A stretch of 64,000 bases of DNA from Antedon mediterranea (GCF_964355755.1 NC_092672.1:25178437-25242436), one strand, 5' to 3'; numbered from the stretch's first letter, positions 23,801 to 34,399 are shown. Program-made: numbers and translations. The notes: generated from the sequence alone by a model not told the origin.

Positions 23801-24624
23801 CTAGGCTAGCTAGTATACTGGACATCATCGCTGATTTAATCATTATTATTACCCAGTCCACCCCATCCAGATATCCATCCTACCTAGGCTAGCCTATGTT
23901 AAGTTTTAAAATTTTACATTAATATTATCACCTAAACTAAGCCTAGGCTAATGTATTTTTTTTTAAATCAAAAATAATCATTATCTTTATATACAAGCCA
24001 AGTCGCGTCAACCTGGTAAGTGGACCTGACTACCCACGTCGTGGGGGTAGCCTAGGCCTACTAGATGGGGCGATCTTGGCCATGCTGTATACAATTCAAA
24101 TACGGTTCACGTCAAGCTGAAACCTTATATTAACAATTCTCGTAACAATTGCCTACGAAATAAAATAAATCTCAGTTCCTAAAGTGACTAACAACTAATT
24201 ATATATAAATATCCAAATTTAACCATATTTTTACATTGAATAATTACTAATTTTAAGCATATTTACACTCTAAATTTCAACTACTCACCAGGCTTCGAAG
24301 AAACACGCTTTCTTTCTCGCCATCCCATAGTAAGATAAAATAACCGCTCATTTAACATTTTCTCATGAATATTCATATTTTCGAGTCAAATTTTATGTCA
24401 TTATCTCAAATATGTTTTATTTTCGTTTCAGTTTATATTTTTAATGTTGTGATTGGTATGGACGCACCATCTACGCATGTGTGCCACTGTTAAAAAAGTG
24501 TTGTTCCAAATAATATTATTATTATTATTATTATTATAGTGCGCCCTCTCTGGTTAGGTTATGGAAATATTAAGATAAAAACTATAGAGGGGGTATGGCT
24601 TTTTGTCAATAACGAAACCACCGT
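17841..24624 (+). mobile_element. Decayed Chapaev-type (CMC/N-RAG-TP-like) DNA transposon
   Basis: 12-bp inverted termini ACGGTGGTTTCG (17841-17852) and CGAAACCACCGT (24613-24624) bracket a transposase pseudogene. No clean TSD was seen. Confidence 0.7.
18570..22660 (+). pseudogene. Chapaev/RAG1-N-like transposase pseudogene (multi-exon, with stops and frameshifts)
   Basis: Chapa motif H-x7-CRICG...D..VHPSYVCHTC...WRQH...CTAC; RING (CSICKHIL...CSHHFC..C); core motifs GGDKGGGS, PSLHISLGVFKKLYDLLE, QAYHGKAFVGNHVHK, PKLHMLEFHV and NEQVGELIH. Confidence 0.8.
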
Positions 24625-24830
24625 AGAAACATACAATGTATTTCAAAATTATAACTTTTCTATATCAATGTAAACACATTACCAGCAACAACACAGTGGA
24701 TTATACAAAACATAACTCACTAAGTCCATAGGCATACTACATGCAACACTTTATATATTGACTGTATATGTACAGGTATTCCAAAAGCAGTAAAAATAAA
24801 ATACATTTTGGGGGACAGGCCTACCTGGCT

Positions 24831-25659
24831 GCGATTTTGTTTTTCGTACATAAGTTGGGGACCCCTCATGAAACGTCACAAAATAAACATGAATAATTCA
24901 TCAGTTAATAAAAATGTTCTTGTTCCGTTTGCACCCGAAGCGTATAGCAACAAGAAGTGATTACACAAGTGCGCGCGCGGTACGATTCTAGGCCTATCTA
25001 CGCTGTGGTTGCGGCGTGCAATTTCATAAAAGAATAACGGCGTTTTGTGTGGATTGTCAAAATAATCAGCCTTTAGTTTATGGTGTTTTTAATATAATTT
25101 ATTACTAAAGAATTACGTGTTAAAAAATGATAGTTTCTATTAATACTACATGTATTAGGCCTAATGTTAGTCTCTAAACCCACGGTCTATTCAAGTAGTA
25201 GCTGTGTGTGTGTGTGTGTGTGTGTTAGGTATGACACAGTCCGAGTAATACTAATATAAGTCAGCAAAATTAAACAATAAACATTACACAAAAATACATT
25301 TTTTATTCTCGTGGGTCTAATCTTTCCCATCTCATGTGTTCATATACGCGCATTTTTCTTTGAGTACATATTGTTTGATAATAAAATAGCAGAATTACGA
25401 TTAGCCTTGACACATTATGCATGCCAGTGGTGTGTGTGTGAAGAAGAGGGCGCGAAGGCAATCACGTGAATTGACCTAGAATCCCAGGCCGCGTAATTTT
25501 TTCTACTGTAGAAAGAATCGTATCGCTTTAGTTTAATCACTTCTTGTTGCTATACGCTTGGGTGCACACGGAAAAACAAATTTAACTGATGAATTATTCA
25601 TGTTTATTTTGTGACGTTTCATGAGGGGTCCCCAAATTATGTACGAAAAAAAAAATCGC
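24831..25659. mobile_element. Non-autonomous Mutator-like (MULE) MITE
   Basis: ~130-bp imperfect TIRs (GCGATTTT...GGGGACCCCTCATGAAACGTCACAAAATAAACATG and its reverse complement ending AAAATCGC). Exact 9-bp TSD TACCTGGCT at 24822-24830 and 25660-25668. Confidence 0.9.
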
Positions 25660-25785
25660 TACCTGGCTAGCAACTTGCAATACATGCAATTTAGGCCTAC
25701 CTAGCCTAGACGTGACCTATGCATAAGTAACTAGAAAAGTAATAGAAGAAGATGAAGCAGAAAAACAATTTTTTTTTTTACTTAC

Positions 25786-25972
25786 ATCATCCAAATGTCT
25801 CGTGAGTTTTGATTGTAAAACTCCCGGTGATAATCAGACATTGATAACCTATGTTGAGCAGCCGAAAACGTACCGTACAATATGGACATTGCATTGGTCG
25901 TCGAGAGCACAAACACTACGAGTGTCATCAAATCCATTTCTCTTGCATAGTGATTGTAAACGGAGAGTCGTA
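25786..25972 (-). CDS. Internal exon of the membrane-protein gene ending at 16985
   Basis: Open frame RLSVYNHYAREMDLMTLVVFVLSTTNAMSILYG...RDIWM. The GTAAGT donor (25785) is phase 2 and joins in frame to the 17654 acceptor. Confidence 0.65.
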
Positions 25973-26045
25973 CTATAATACATTATACTTGTATGATGTC
26001 ACCTACCCATGATGATGTCAGCTATATTTAGTACACGTAAGATGC

Positions 26046-26700
26046 TAAAATAATGGCGGTGCAATATTATTATACCTACGGTTGCAATCTGGATGCGTTA
26101 TGAAATACGTCAGATACCCACCGTTTGTTGTAGATGACGTCGATATAAAGACTAATATTCACCCTAGATGCTATGTTTAATACACACACATACACACACA
26201 CACATAAAATAATGATGGTGCTATATATTATACCCACGCTTGCAATCTGGATGCGTTATGAAATACGTCAGATACCCACCGTTTGTTGTAGATGACGTCG
26301 ATATAAAGACTAATATTCACCCTAGATGCTATGTTTAATACACACACATACACACACACACATAAAATAATGATGGTGCAATATTATACCCACGCTTGCA
26401 ATCTGGATGCGTTATGAAATACGTCAGATACCCACCGTTTGTTGTAGATGACGTCGATATAAAGACTAATATTCACCCTAGATGCTATGTTTAATACACA
26501 CACATACACACACACACATAAAATAATGATGGTGCAATATTATACCCACGCTTGCAATCTGGATGCGTTATGAAATACGTCAGATACCCACCGTTTGTTG
26601 TAGATGACGTCGATATAAAGACTAATATTCACCCTAGATGCTATGTTTAATACACACACACATAAAATAATGATGGTGCAATATTATACCCACCGCGTTT
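26046..26700. repeat. Tandem repeat, ~156-bp unit, about 4.2 copies
   Basis: GCAATCTGGATGCGTTATGAAATACGTCAGATACCCACCG recurs near 26084, 26242, 26398 and 26554. Confidence 0.95.
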
Positions 26701-26776
26701 GTTGTGGATTATAATAAAGACTAAATAATAGAGTTTAAAATACATTATAATCCGCCAAGAAACAAACAAAACCTAC

Positions 26777-26984
26777 TATAATAATATCGAAACGTATTCG
26801 ATAACAGATGCATTACTAGTTCACATGCATACAAAATCGAATCAGGCACGCAAAAGCTCGTATACCTTTCAGATACTTTACCTATACGCTCTAGCGAATT
26901 ATTCGTTTCGCTAAGAATGCATAAAATGGAACTTGACGTTTCCAAAACATCTCAGTCGAATGTCAGATTTTGCCGAAAAGACAT
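26777..26984 (-). CDS. Probable first exon of the same membrane-protein gene (in-frame TGA at codon 11)
   Basis: MSFRQNLTFD*DVLETSS...VMHLLSNTFRYYY. The GTAGGT donor (26776) is phase 1 and matches the acceptor at 25973. Confidence 0.4.
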
Positions 26985-27023
26985 CTAAAAAATAAATAAA
27001 TAAAAAAATTAAAAAGAATTAAA

Positions 27024-28352
27024 ATGGCAGGAAGAAGAAAAAGAAGGAAACGAGCGAAACGATGTCAAAAACGAACGAACGACCGTTGTAATTTGTGCAA
27101 CCTGCCGACCGAATTGCTGCTGTACATTTTCTCCTTCATGGATTACGTGTCTCAGTTAGAGTTGGCCAACTCGAGTCCCTACATGACCGGATTGTTGGGC
27201 GATTTGGAATTGATCGCAACCGAGGCGGCCGTACAACTGTGCAAACGTAAACGTCACGGTACGGTTGACACGTTTCAAAGCTGCCGACCATCCGCCGGAA
27301 GCCTGTTGATGTGCGTGAAGCGAAAGTTTAAGCCGGTTCTCGATTCGCAATCGACTTTGCCGCAATTCTACATGTCTAACCTAGTGCTGAAGAATGTGCA
27401 TTTTAGAGAGGGAACACTGCATCGCATCTTGGAAGAAACGGTGGTCTGCTTGGAGTATTTGGAATTGGACTCGTGCACCGGTGTTGTTTTCCACCCGGCT
27501 GCCAATCAACTAATCCCGTCGGACAAAATAGGACATTCATCGATACATTGCAAAAACATGAAAGTGCACTTGGACGACGTTCGCCAAACCCTGGTTCCCG
27601 ATGGATTTTCTAGCAAATATACCTACTACGTGGTACTGACCGACTGCGACATGACGGAGACGGATCAAAATCTGAACTACAGGCTGTTGATCGTGTACGA
27701 CGGACGCTCCAACGGGGCAGATGTTGGACGTTACTTTAACCTAATCACAGTCTCGTCCGTGTGGAAAGAAACCGAAGTGTTGAAGGTTCGTCCCTACACA
27801 CGAAACAAAGAAGACACAGTGTGGATGCAGATGGTCAATCGGACCAGTTTAAATGCGGCCATCGACCATTTCGCCGAATCTTCAAAAGAAACCTCTCTAG
27901 AACTTTCGTTGGACGGCTACACGGATGACCGAGTCGACATGTCAGTCGGCTTGCGATTGATGAGCTGGGACTCTTTGACCACTTTGTTTCTGCTAAATTC
28001 AATAGTGGACGAAGGTTTTCTTTCTGTTGTCATGTCGGAACATCCGAACCTGAACACGATAACGATAAAGAATTGCAAAGGTGATCCGTTCGGTGAGATG
28101 GAAACGAGCCCCAACACCGCACTGAGGCATTTGAACCTGATCGAAATGAATATCGACGAGGCAGGCATGGCTGAATTCATGACACCAATCATCAACGTCG
28201 TCAAGTTAACTTTACATAATATGTGTTTCTTCGACGAACGTCTTTTCGCTAAACGATTGTACGAGACATCCGGCTATCGTTGGCTCGATTGTGAGTATGT
28301 CCGCGAGCCAGGCGTATTGGTTCCCATTGAGATGTTTCTTGAAACGGGTTGA
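27024..28352 (+). CDS. F-box protein with degenerate LRR-like C-terminus
   Basis: F-box LCNLPTELLLYIFSFMDYVSQLELANSS; basic N-terminal NLS; LxxLxL repeats (LEYLELDSC, LTTLFL, LRHLNL); intronless. Confidence 0.75.
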   Translation: MAGRRKRRKRAKRCQKRTNDRCNLCNLPTELLLYIFSFMDYVSQLELANSSPYMTGLLGDLELIATEAAVQLCKRKRHGTVDTFQSCRPSAGSLLMCVKRKFKPVLDSQSTLPQFYMSNLVLKNVHFREGTLHRILEETVVCLEYLELDSCTGVVFHPAANQLIPSDKIGHSSIHCKNMKVHLDDVRQTLVPDGFSSKYTYYVVLTDCDMTETDQNLNYRLLIVYDGRSNGADVGRYFNLITVSSVWKETEVLKVRPYTRNKEDTVWMQMVNRTSLNAAIDHFAESSKETSLELSLDGYTDDRVDMSVGLRLMSWDSLTTLFLLNSIVDEGFLSVVMSEHPNLNTITIKNCKGDPFGEMETSPNTALRHLNLIEMNIDEAGMAEFMTPIINVVKLTLHNMCFFDERLFAKRLYETSGYRWLDCEYVREPGVLVPIEMFLETG

Positions 28353-28503
28353 AGAAATCGATTTTTTTATATAACAAGTATACATAACATGTGTTTATAA
28401 TAATAACAAAACAAAAATGTTCTGTAATAAAAATGATATTTATTCGAGAAAAAGAATTATTAAAAGAAAAAGCAAATGCATTCTATAATTTTTTTTTTTT
28501 TTT

Positions 28504-29379
28504 TCAATCATGATGAATTTGAAATATTACAAATGTCTTCATTACATCGTCTTTGTCAGCTTCTTCTTCACTCTTCTTTAGACGGAATCTTTCGGAAATG
28601 CGAATGTCGTCCGGAATATCAGATGTAGTGAATTTAGAATATTCTTGTATGAGCTCCGGTGTCATGTGGGGATGTAATTTCTTCATGATAAATTTATATT
28701 CCTTTTGCATAGCCATCTGCGTGCCTGCTATAAACGACTTTGGAAGAGGAGAGAGTCCCTGTGGAACGTAAATGTTCTCTACTACATCCCACAGAGTTTT
28801 CGGTAGGAAAGTGTGTTTTCTGGTCATTTCACGTTCCATACCATCCAGTACATTATGATAGAAAGTTGTCAAGACTTCCCTCTTTCCTGTCTTTGTAAAA
28901 TCGTAAAACTGTACAATTACGCCTTTGATGTATTGCAACCGAATTCTTTGCAGATACTCGTCCAATTCCTCAATGAAATACGTAGGCCTACGTCGACCAG
29001 TGTATGCGAATTCTATATTCGCTCCCTGGAGTAGATATGCGATCATCATTTTCAATATCGGTTTTCCTAACAAGTCCGTGTGTGCTATCGTTGGATGAAA
29101 GTCCATACTTTTCGAAATCCGGACATCCGCTTCCCCCGGAATGTACCATTGATGGTCATAATAAATTTCGTGAGTGGTATGGTCTGTGTAAACGTCTCGA
29201 TGTACATCGTAGCCTTTGATCAACAGAATTCGTTTAAATCTCTCTTCAAAGTATTCTGTTCTTTGAATTCTCAGCTTTTCAGTTACTGATCTTCGCAGCA
29301 TCATTTCCCGTTTTGTTGTGCTTTTTTTTCTGTTAAAATTTCTCTTTTTATATCTACCATTTCCCTCGCCCCCCCCCAT
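28504..29379 (-). CDS. Hypothetical basic viral protein (291 aa)
   Basis: Intact ATG ORF convergent with the F-box gene. No family recognised. Confidence 0.65.
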   Translation of the reverse strand: MGGGEGNGRYKKRNFNRKKSTTKREMMLRRSVTEKLRIQRTEYFEERFKRILLIKGYDVHRDVYTDHTTHEIYYDHQWYIPGEADVRISKSMDFHPTIAHTDLLGKPILKMMIAYLLQGANIEFAYTGRRRPTYFIEELDEYLQRIRLQYIKGVIVQFYDFTKTGKREVLTTFYHNVLDGMEREMTRKHTFLPKTLWDVVENIYVPQGLSPLPKSFIAGTQMAMQKEYKFIMKKLHPHMTPELIQEYSKFTTSDIPDDIRISERFRLKKSEEEADKDDVMKTFVIFQIHHD

Positions 29380-29570
29380 AATAGCCTAATGTGTGTGTGA
29401 GTGTGAGTGTCCAAAGACGCGCGGCGACGTTTAGTTTGTATCCTATTTTACAAAAGAGATATGTGTCGTGTCACCACAAAAGGAGCTTTGGGTTGAAATT
29501 ATTTTTTTTTTTTTAAATTATTATTATAATATTAATCTCCATTCTTTAAGCTTTCTAAAAAAAAATAATG

Positions 29571-29963
29571 TAACTTGCTTTATAATTTATTTCAAGGCAA
29601 TTAAGATATGACCCTATTTCAACCAAGAACTTCCGAATTCAATAGATTACTTCCGAATTCAATAGATTATCAACAATTAGAAAACAGCCTTTTAAGTTCA
29701 GTGGACCATTACATTGGTTTTATTCAATAACCACAACACATTCGCCTTGGATACCATTAGTTATTATTACTGAATCTACATGAAATTTTAAACACTTAAA
29801 CAATGAATACGAGTATAGATTACACTTTAATTTCTTTCAATTTTATTATCATCTTCATATATAAAATACAACAATTAAAAATTACATAATTATGTTGATT
29901 AATGGATTATTTTGAGCACACACAATCTGTTAACATAACTCACTTCTACTCTAGATCATGATT
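29571..29963. repeat. Inverted repeat, right copy (partner at 12699-13022)
   Basis: Reverse-complement match to the left copy, with extra internal sequence in this copy. Confidence 0.85.
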
Positions 29964-31362
29964 AGGCCTATACAAATTCTTACACATTCTTCTTCGTTTT
30001 CAATAACTATCCTCGCCGTCAGAATCTTCGTCTATCCCCATCATCCAGGCTTTAGAATTAGCAAGAAGGCTAGCATTTAAAGCGTCAGCTATGACTTTTT
30101 CTGATCGTTCATTATCAGAATTTCTGACATTTCTATTAATTATATCAAACTATTAATTTGAATGATGCAAAAGAATTATAGTATAGTTTATTAAAAGATT
30201 GTAAATTATAACACTAAAGTAGGACAATAATGTAGTAGCACACTGTAAACCTCGTGCGAACAGCTTACCAAGGTAGTAAACAATACGTCTACGCACGTTC
30301 ACAAGTGATTGACCAATCAGAGGACGCGATTAGTCCCTTTTGTTTGGCTGTATTTAAGGCCGAAGCCTTTATAAAAGTGATTGTGATTGGACTATGATTG
30401 CATATTTAAATGTTTATTCATGATATTCTGAAAGATGACGTTACAAGCTATAAAACCATACCAGTTGTGACAATGTTTGGAAAGGCGGGAACATTCGATT
30501 GAAAAATAAGGTAGATGATTTTTGGCCGGCCGTTTACGACTGAAATAGTCAGAATTCCACACAAAACCTTACAATATTGTCTATAAAAAAACGTCAAAAT
30601 GTATGTATTTTGGAACAAAATTAAGTTTTAAGGACAAGTAAACTATAATAGTTGAATATGTCGAATATGTAAGAAAAAAATAATTATTTTAAATTGACTA
30701 TTCCAACATTCAAAGCTAATTATAGCAATATTATAGCTTTTGCGACACAAGGCCGGCGGCTCCTTTAGTTGTGACGCGACCCATATAGACGCGCGCGCGG
30801 GGGGGGGGGGAGATGTGGAGAACGCATTAGTAATGCTTAACATCAGTTTCTATAAGAGCAAGATGAGAGAGAGAGAGATAGAGAGAGAGAAAAACAAAAA
30901 CAAAAAAATGTGCTGTATCAAATTTATTTTCTTTTATTAATCCATAAGAAAGTGACAACATTAAAATAAAAGTGAATTACATACAAAAAGTTTTGCATTT
31001 ATTTATTTGGAATTACACCTTTAGATCTTTAGCACACTTAGCACAAAGGTGCATCCTTCACAATATAAAATATAACAATTAACAGAAAAGTAAAAAAAGG
31101 CAAAAGCAACTATCCTACCCCCCCCCCCCCCCCCTCAATTTACATCGATACATACAGTAGATCATTACTTTACACAAATGAATACAAAACAAGATATAGT
31201 AAAAGTGTACAAAATAAAATCAACTGATAAACACAGCTTATTACGTAAAAACCCCCAACCTCTCCTCCCCCCCCCCCTTTTTTTTTTCAATTTACTTAAT
31301 GTAGCAATGTAGATAACATAGTTGCATTGCAGTTAAAGTTTGGTGCTGTATATATACAATTT

Positions 31363-31878
31363 TTAAATGTCGCATACGCACAAGATTTCTATCGACATCG
31401 GCTCATATACTGCCGCGTCTACATTACATCGTTGAAAGCACTCATCCGATACGGGAATAGTTTCTGGATAACCAAACAGAGCGGGAACGCACCTTCCCAC
31501 GTTTTCACCTAATGGAAAAAAGCAATGAGAACCAAACAGATCGCATCCATCATTGTCCGGTACGAGAAGCCATTGATCATCAGCCGATCGGTTTAGGCTA
31601 CACGTTTCTAAAGAATATTTCATACCGTCCCATCGATCGCATTCATCACAACACGTAACAATATGAGTACCGTCTTCGATGATGTCAATGCACGCATATT
31701 TTTCGCTCTCTCTAATGCATGCGTCGTGATATAGAAACGGCGATACTCTGTCAACGTACACCGATCCAATTAACAAGTCCGGACGTTCATCGATGCACAT
31801 TACACAACGATGGTGGTAAAGTAGTAGTAGTAGTATGAGTAGTAGTAGTAAAATGTGTTTCAACGCCTCTGTATCCAT
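31363..31878 (-). CDS. Secreted cysteine-rich protein (171 aa)
   Basis: Leu-rich signal peptide followed by many Cys residues; no further TM segment. Confidence 0.7.
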   Translation of the reverse strand: MDTEALKHILLLLLILLLLLYHHRCVMCIDERPDLLIGSVYVDRVSPFLYHDACIRESEKYACIDIIEDGTHIVTCCDECDRWDGMKYSLETCSLNRSADDQWLLVPDNDGCDLFGSHCFFPLGENVGRCVPALFGYPETIPVSDECFQRCNVDAAVYEPMSIEILCVCDI

Positions 31879-34013
31879 GCGTCACAATTGGTTCTGATGT
31901 AAAGCGATACCAACGAAAACAAAGGCCAATGTCTTGTCTCATTATGTTCTGTAACGGGCATGCAAACGTGATGAAAATGTTTTGAGAATCCACTTCGTAT
32001 AGACGCTGATATGACGTGTGACGGAGGACGAGGTCCGGCGTTTTCAAATTTTACGAACCTGTTCAATTTGGTTGGAGCCATAGAATGCCAAGACCTTGTT
32101 GCCGGGTTGTAACCGCCAATCATGCGTGGTATTCCGTCTAATACGTCGTAAATAAAAGGAAACTTTACGGTTGATCTGACTTTTTGCCTGAACCACGGGC
32201 CGTGTTTTTCATTACGTTTAAAAACATGTTCATTGTTGACAACAAAAATGTGTCCACTGTCGTGTATAAGCGACGTGTTTTTGTCCAAGTGTCGAATGTA
32301 TGATTTGGCAAAATTATCAACGAAACGAGACGGAAGTATTCTGTTCGGAATGTCAACGTCGGCCATCAATTGGCTCGAGATTATTGAAAGCTTAGAAACA
32401 ACCGTTTTAGGCTCAGCTCTAGTGCACATGACGTTGCCGATAGTGAACAGTTCGATTTCACCGTTTGACTCGTTTCCTTTGCACCATTTACTCGAGTAAT
32501 AACGATACGTCGTATTGAAAGCAAACCACTCTTTTCGTATCGTGTCATACACGAATCCATATTTTTCAGTATCGCATCTACTCATGTCGGTTCCTAGAAA
32601 GTCTAACATGTCAGTCGGTGCGCCGGTTTCGAATCTACCACCAACAAACACTAGCAATCTATCCAGAAAACAAAACATTTGCATTCCACAACGATGCCGG
32701 CAAACGAGAGGCATTTCGCCAATTTTAGTCCATTCTGCTATACCGCCCTTGTTCAGGGTTTCTCTGGTGCACTCGTACACTTGAAAATCTGTTTCAAAGA
32801 CGGCGTACAGTGTGTTCTTGTTACTCGTGCAACTTAAAACGCCCTTTATTGTTACGTCATGAAACAATGGTCGAATGACAAGTATGGTTGTACCTGTGAA
32901 CGCATGATTCATGTACACGTCACCGGAAGAAAGAACGGTAAAAACAGATGCGTTCGGTGTGTCCTGACAGGCAAGTTGACGTTCCGGTGGTCGAGCAGAC
33001 ATTTTCAAGAGCGTCTTGATTCTGTCGGTGGTTCGTAAATCATCGACGACGACGTTGTTGTTGTGTTCGTTCATTCTATACGGCGAGAATACGGACGAGT
33101 CGAGAAGAATGCCCATGCTTGTCGCGTTGATCTTGTTGTCGGGCAATGATGCAACCCATACGGTCACTAACCGATTCACGTCTGCATTGTAACCGCTTTT
33201 GCGAGCGTTTCGACTCAGTAATTTGTCAAAGAAACATGGCGGAATCTGAGACATCCACATGGAAATCAAATCTGGTTTCTTAACAAACAAATCGTGAATG
33301 AGCGGTGCCCAGAAAATCAACGAATCGGCAATGACACTCGATATTGCGTATGCTTTTTCCCGTTGGATTGTCGCGTGAATCAATTGGAGTACAACTGCAG
33401 TTCTAATCGGATCAAAAAACATTACTGTCGCTTCTTTCGAAATTGTTTCAATTGTATCCGTTGAGATTTTTGGGAATACAATGCCTGTGTTTATGAGCAT
33501 TTGCTTGATTTTATCCAGAGCAATTGTATTGTTCAAGTACACAGACAGTTTTGTAAACGAAACGATGTTTTCAATTGTAAACGGTTCATTTCTTTTGGTA
33601 AAGTTGTTTACGGCGTTTGCGTCCAACCATTTCGGTACTTTATACCAAATGTTGCCGCTTACTTTATCTTTTACAAAATGAAGATTTCTTATCTTATTTT
33701 TTGAGTCGTCGTGTTGTACTCTGTACGACGAATCGGTATCACGTTCCAAAAACCCGTCGTCGTATACATCACCTGCATGCTGCTGCTGCTCCGGTTGAAC
33801 TTCAGTCTCCGAATCAATTTCGGGCACGTTATTCGGCGGCCGTTGAAATATTTCATAATTTAAAGGTGTTACGGTAGCAGATTTTGCTAACGTTGAAGGT
33901 CCATCATCATCATCATCTTCATCATCAGATGATATCCACACAGTATCAAGTTTTCTTACTTTCTTACTGTCTTCGTGACGTTCATTAGAACCGTGCCTGC
34001 GTCTGGACGCCAT
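31860..34013 (-). CDS. Divergent Kelch-repeat protein (BACK/Kelch-like)
   Basis: Kelch-like motifs WTKIGEMPLVCRHRCG, LLVFVGG, YDTIRKEW and GGYNPATRSWHSMAP, preceded by a helical region. First ATG at 34013. Confidence 0.7.
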   Translation of the reverse strand: MASRRRHGSNERHEDSKKVRKLDTVWISSDDEDDDDDGPSTLAKSATVTPLNYEIFQRPPNNVPEIDSETEVQPEQQQHAGDVYDDGFLERDTDSSYRVQHDDSKNKIRNLHFVKDKVSGNIWYKVPKWLDANAVNNFTKRNEPFTIENIVSFTKLSVYLNNTIALDKIKQMLINTGIVFPKISTDTIETISKEATVMFFDPIRTAVVLQLIHATIQREKAYAISSVIADSLIFWAPLIHDLFVKKPDLISMWMSQIPPCFFDKLLSRNARKSGYNADVNRLVTVWVASLPDNKINATSMGILLDSSVFSPYRMNEHNNNVVVDDLRTTDRIKTLLKMSARPPERQLACQDTPNASVFTVLSSGDVYMNHAFTGTTILVIRPLFHDVTIKGVLSCTSNKNTLYAVFETDFQVYECTRETLNKGGIAEWTKIGEMPLVCRHRCGMQMFCFLDRLLVFVGGRFETGAPTDMLDFLGTDMSRCDTEKYGFVYDTIRKEWFAFNTTYRYYSSKWCKGNESNGEIELFTIGNVMCTRAEPKTVVSKLSIISSQLMADVDIPNRILPSRFVDNFAKSYIRHLDKNTSLIHDSGHIFVVNNEHVFKRNEKHGPWFRQKVRSTVKFPFIYDVLDGIPRMIGGYNPATRSWHSMAPTKLNRFVKFENAGPRPPSHVISASIRSGFSKHFHHVCMPVTEHNETRHWPLFSLVSLYIRTNCDAWIQRR

Positions 34014-34066
34014 CGCAATACTACAGCAACACGCACGCACACACACAATATGATCGCTAATATTAC

Positions 34067-34399
34067 TCACTTCAATAACTGCTTAAGAAATGTGGTTAAC
34101 GTTTCAGAATATTCCTCCTTGTTTTTACTGGAACTAGCAAATTCACGTGCAACGTGAAGTGTGACAATAATGCGGCCCTCATTCACGTGGCCGTCTTCAA
34201 ACATGCCCACGAGCAGATCGTGTAATGACTTGGCGCTGCGACATTTCACCTTATCAACTTGATTCTTGATTTCAGTTTTCAATTCTGCGTTGCTAAATGT
34301 TTCCGGATATTCACGTTCAACTTTTTCCTCGTTTTCCAAATAATTTTTGGCCAAAACGATCAATTTATCAACATCAAAACCACCGTTTCTCTTTAACAT
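34067..34399 (-). CDS. Bcl-2-family (vBcl-2-like) domain
   Basis: BH1-like MFEDGHVNEGRIIVTLHVA (cf. LFRDGVNWGRIVAF). First in-frame ATG at 34399 with TATAAA ~57 bp upstream. No BH2 or TM tail. Confidence 0.7.
   Translation of the reverse strand: MLKRNGGFDVDKLIVLAKNYLENEEKVEREYPETFSNAELKTEIKNQVDKVKCRSAKSLHDLLVGMFEDGHVNEGRIIVTLHVAREFASSSKNKEEYSETLTTFLKQLLK

Noticed and set aside
17841-24624. Teratorn-like fusion in which this transposase mobilises the whole virus
   Set aside because: The transposase is heavily decayed, is intronic, and its TIRs enclose no viral genes.
29415-31290. Herpes pac1/pac2 packaging signals (CGCGGCG, G/C runs next to T runs)
   Set aside because: Homopolymer runs are common throughout the window, and neither the spacing nor a genome terminus supports the call.
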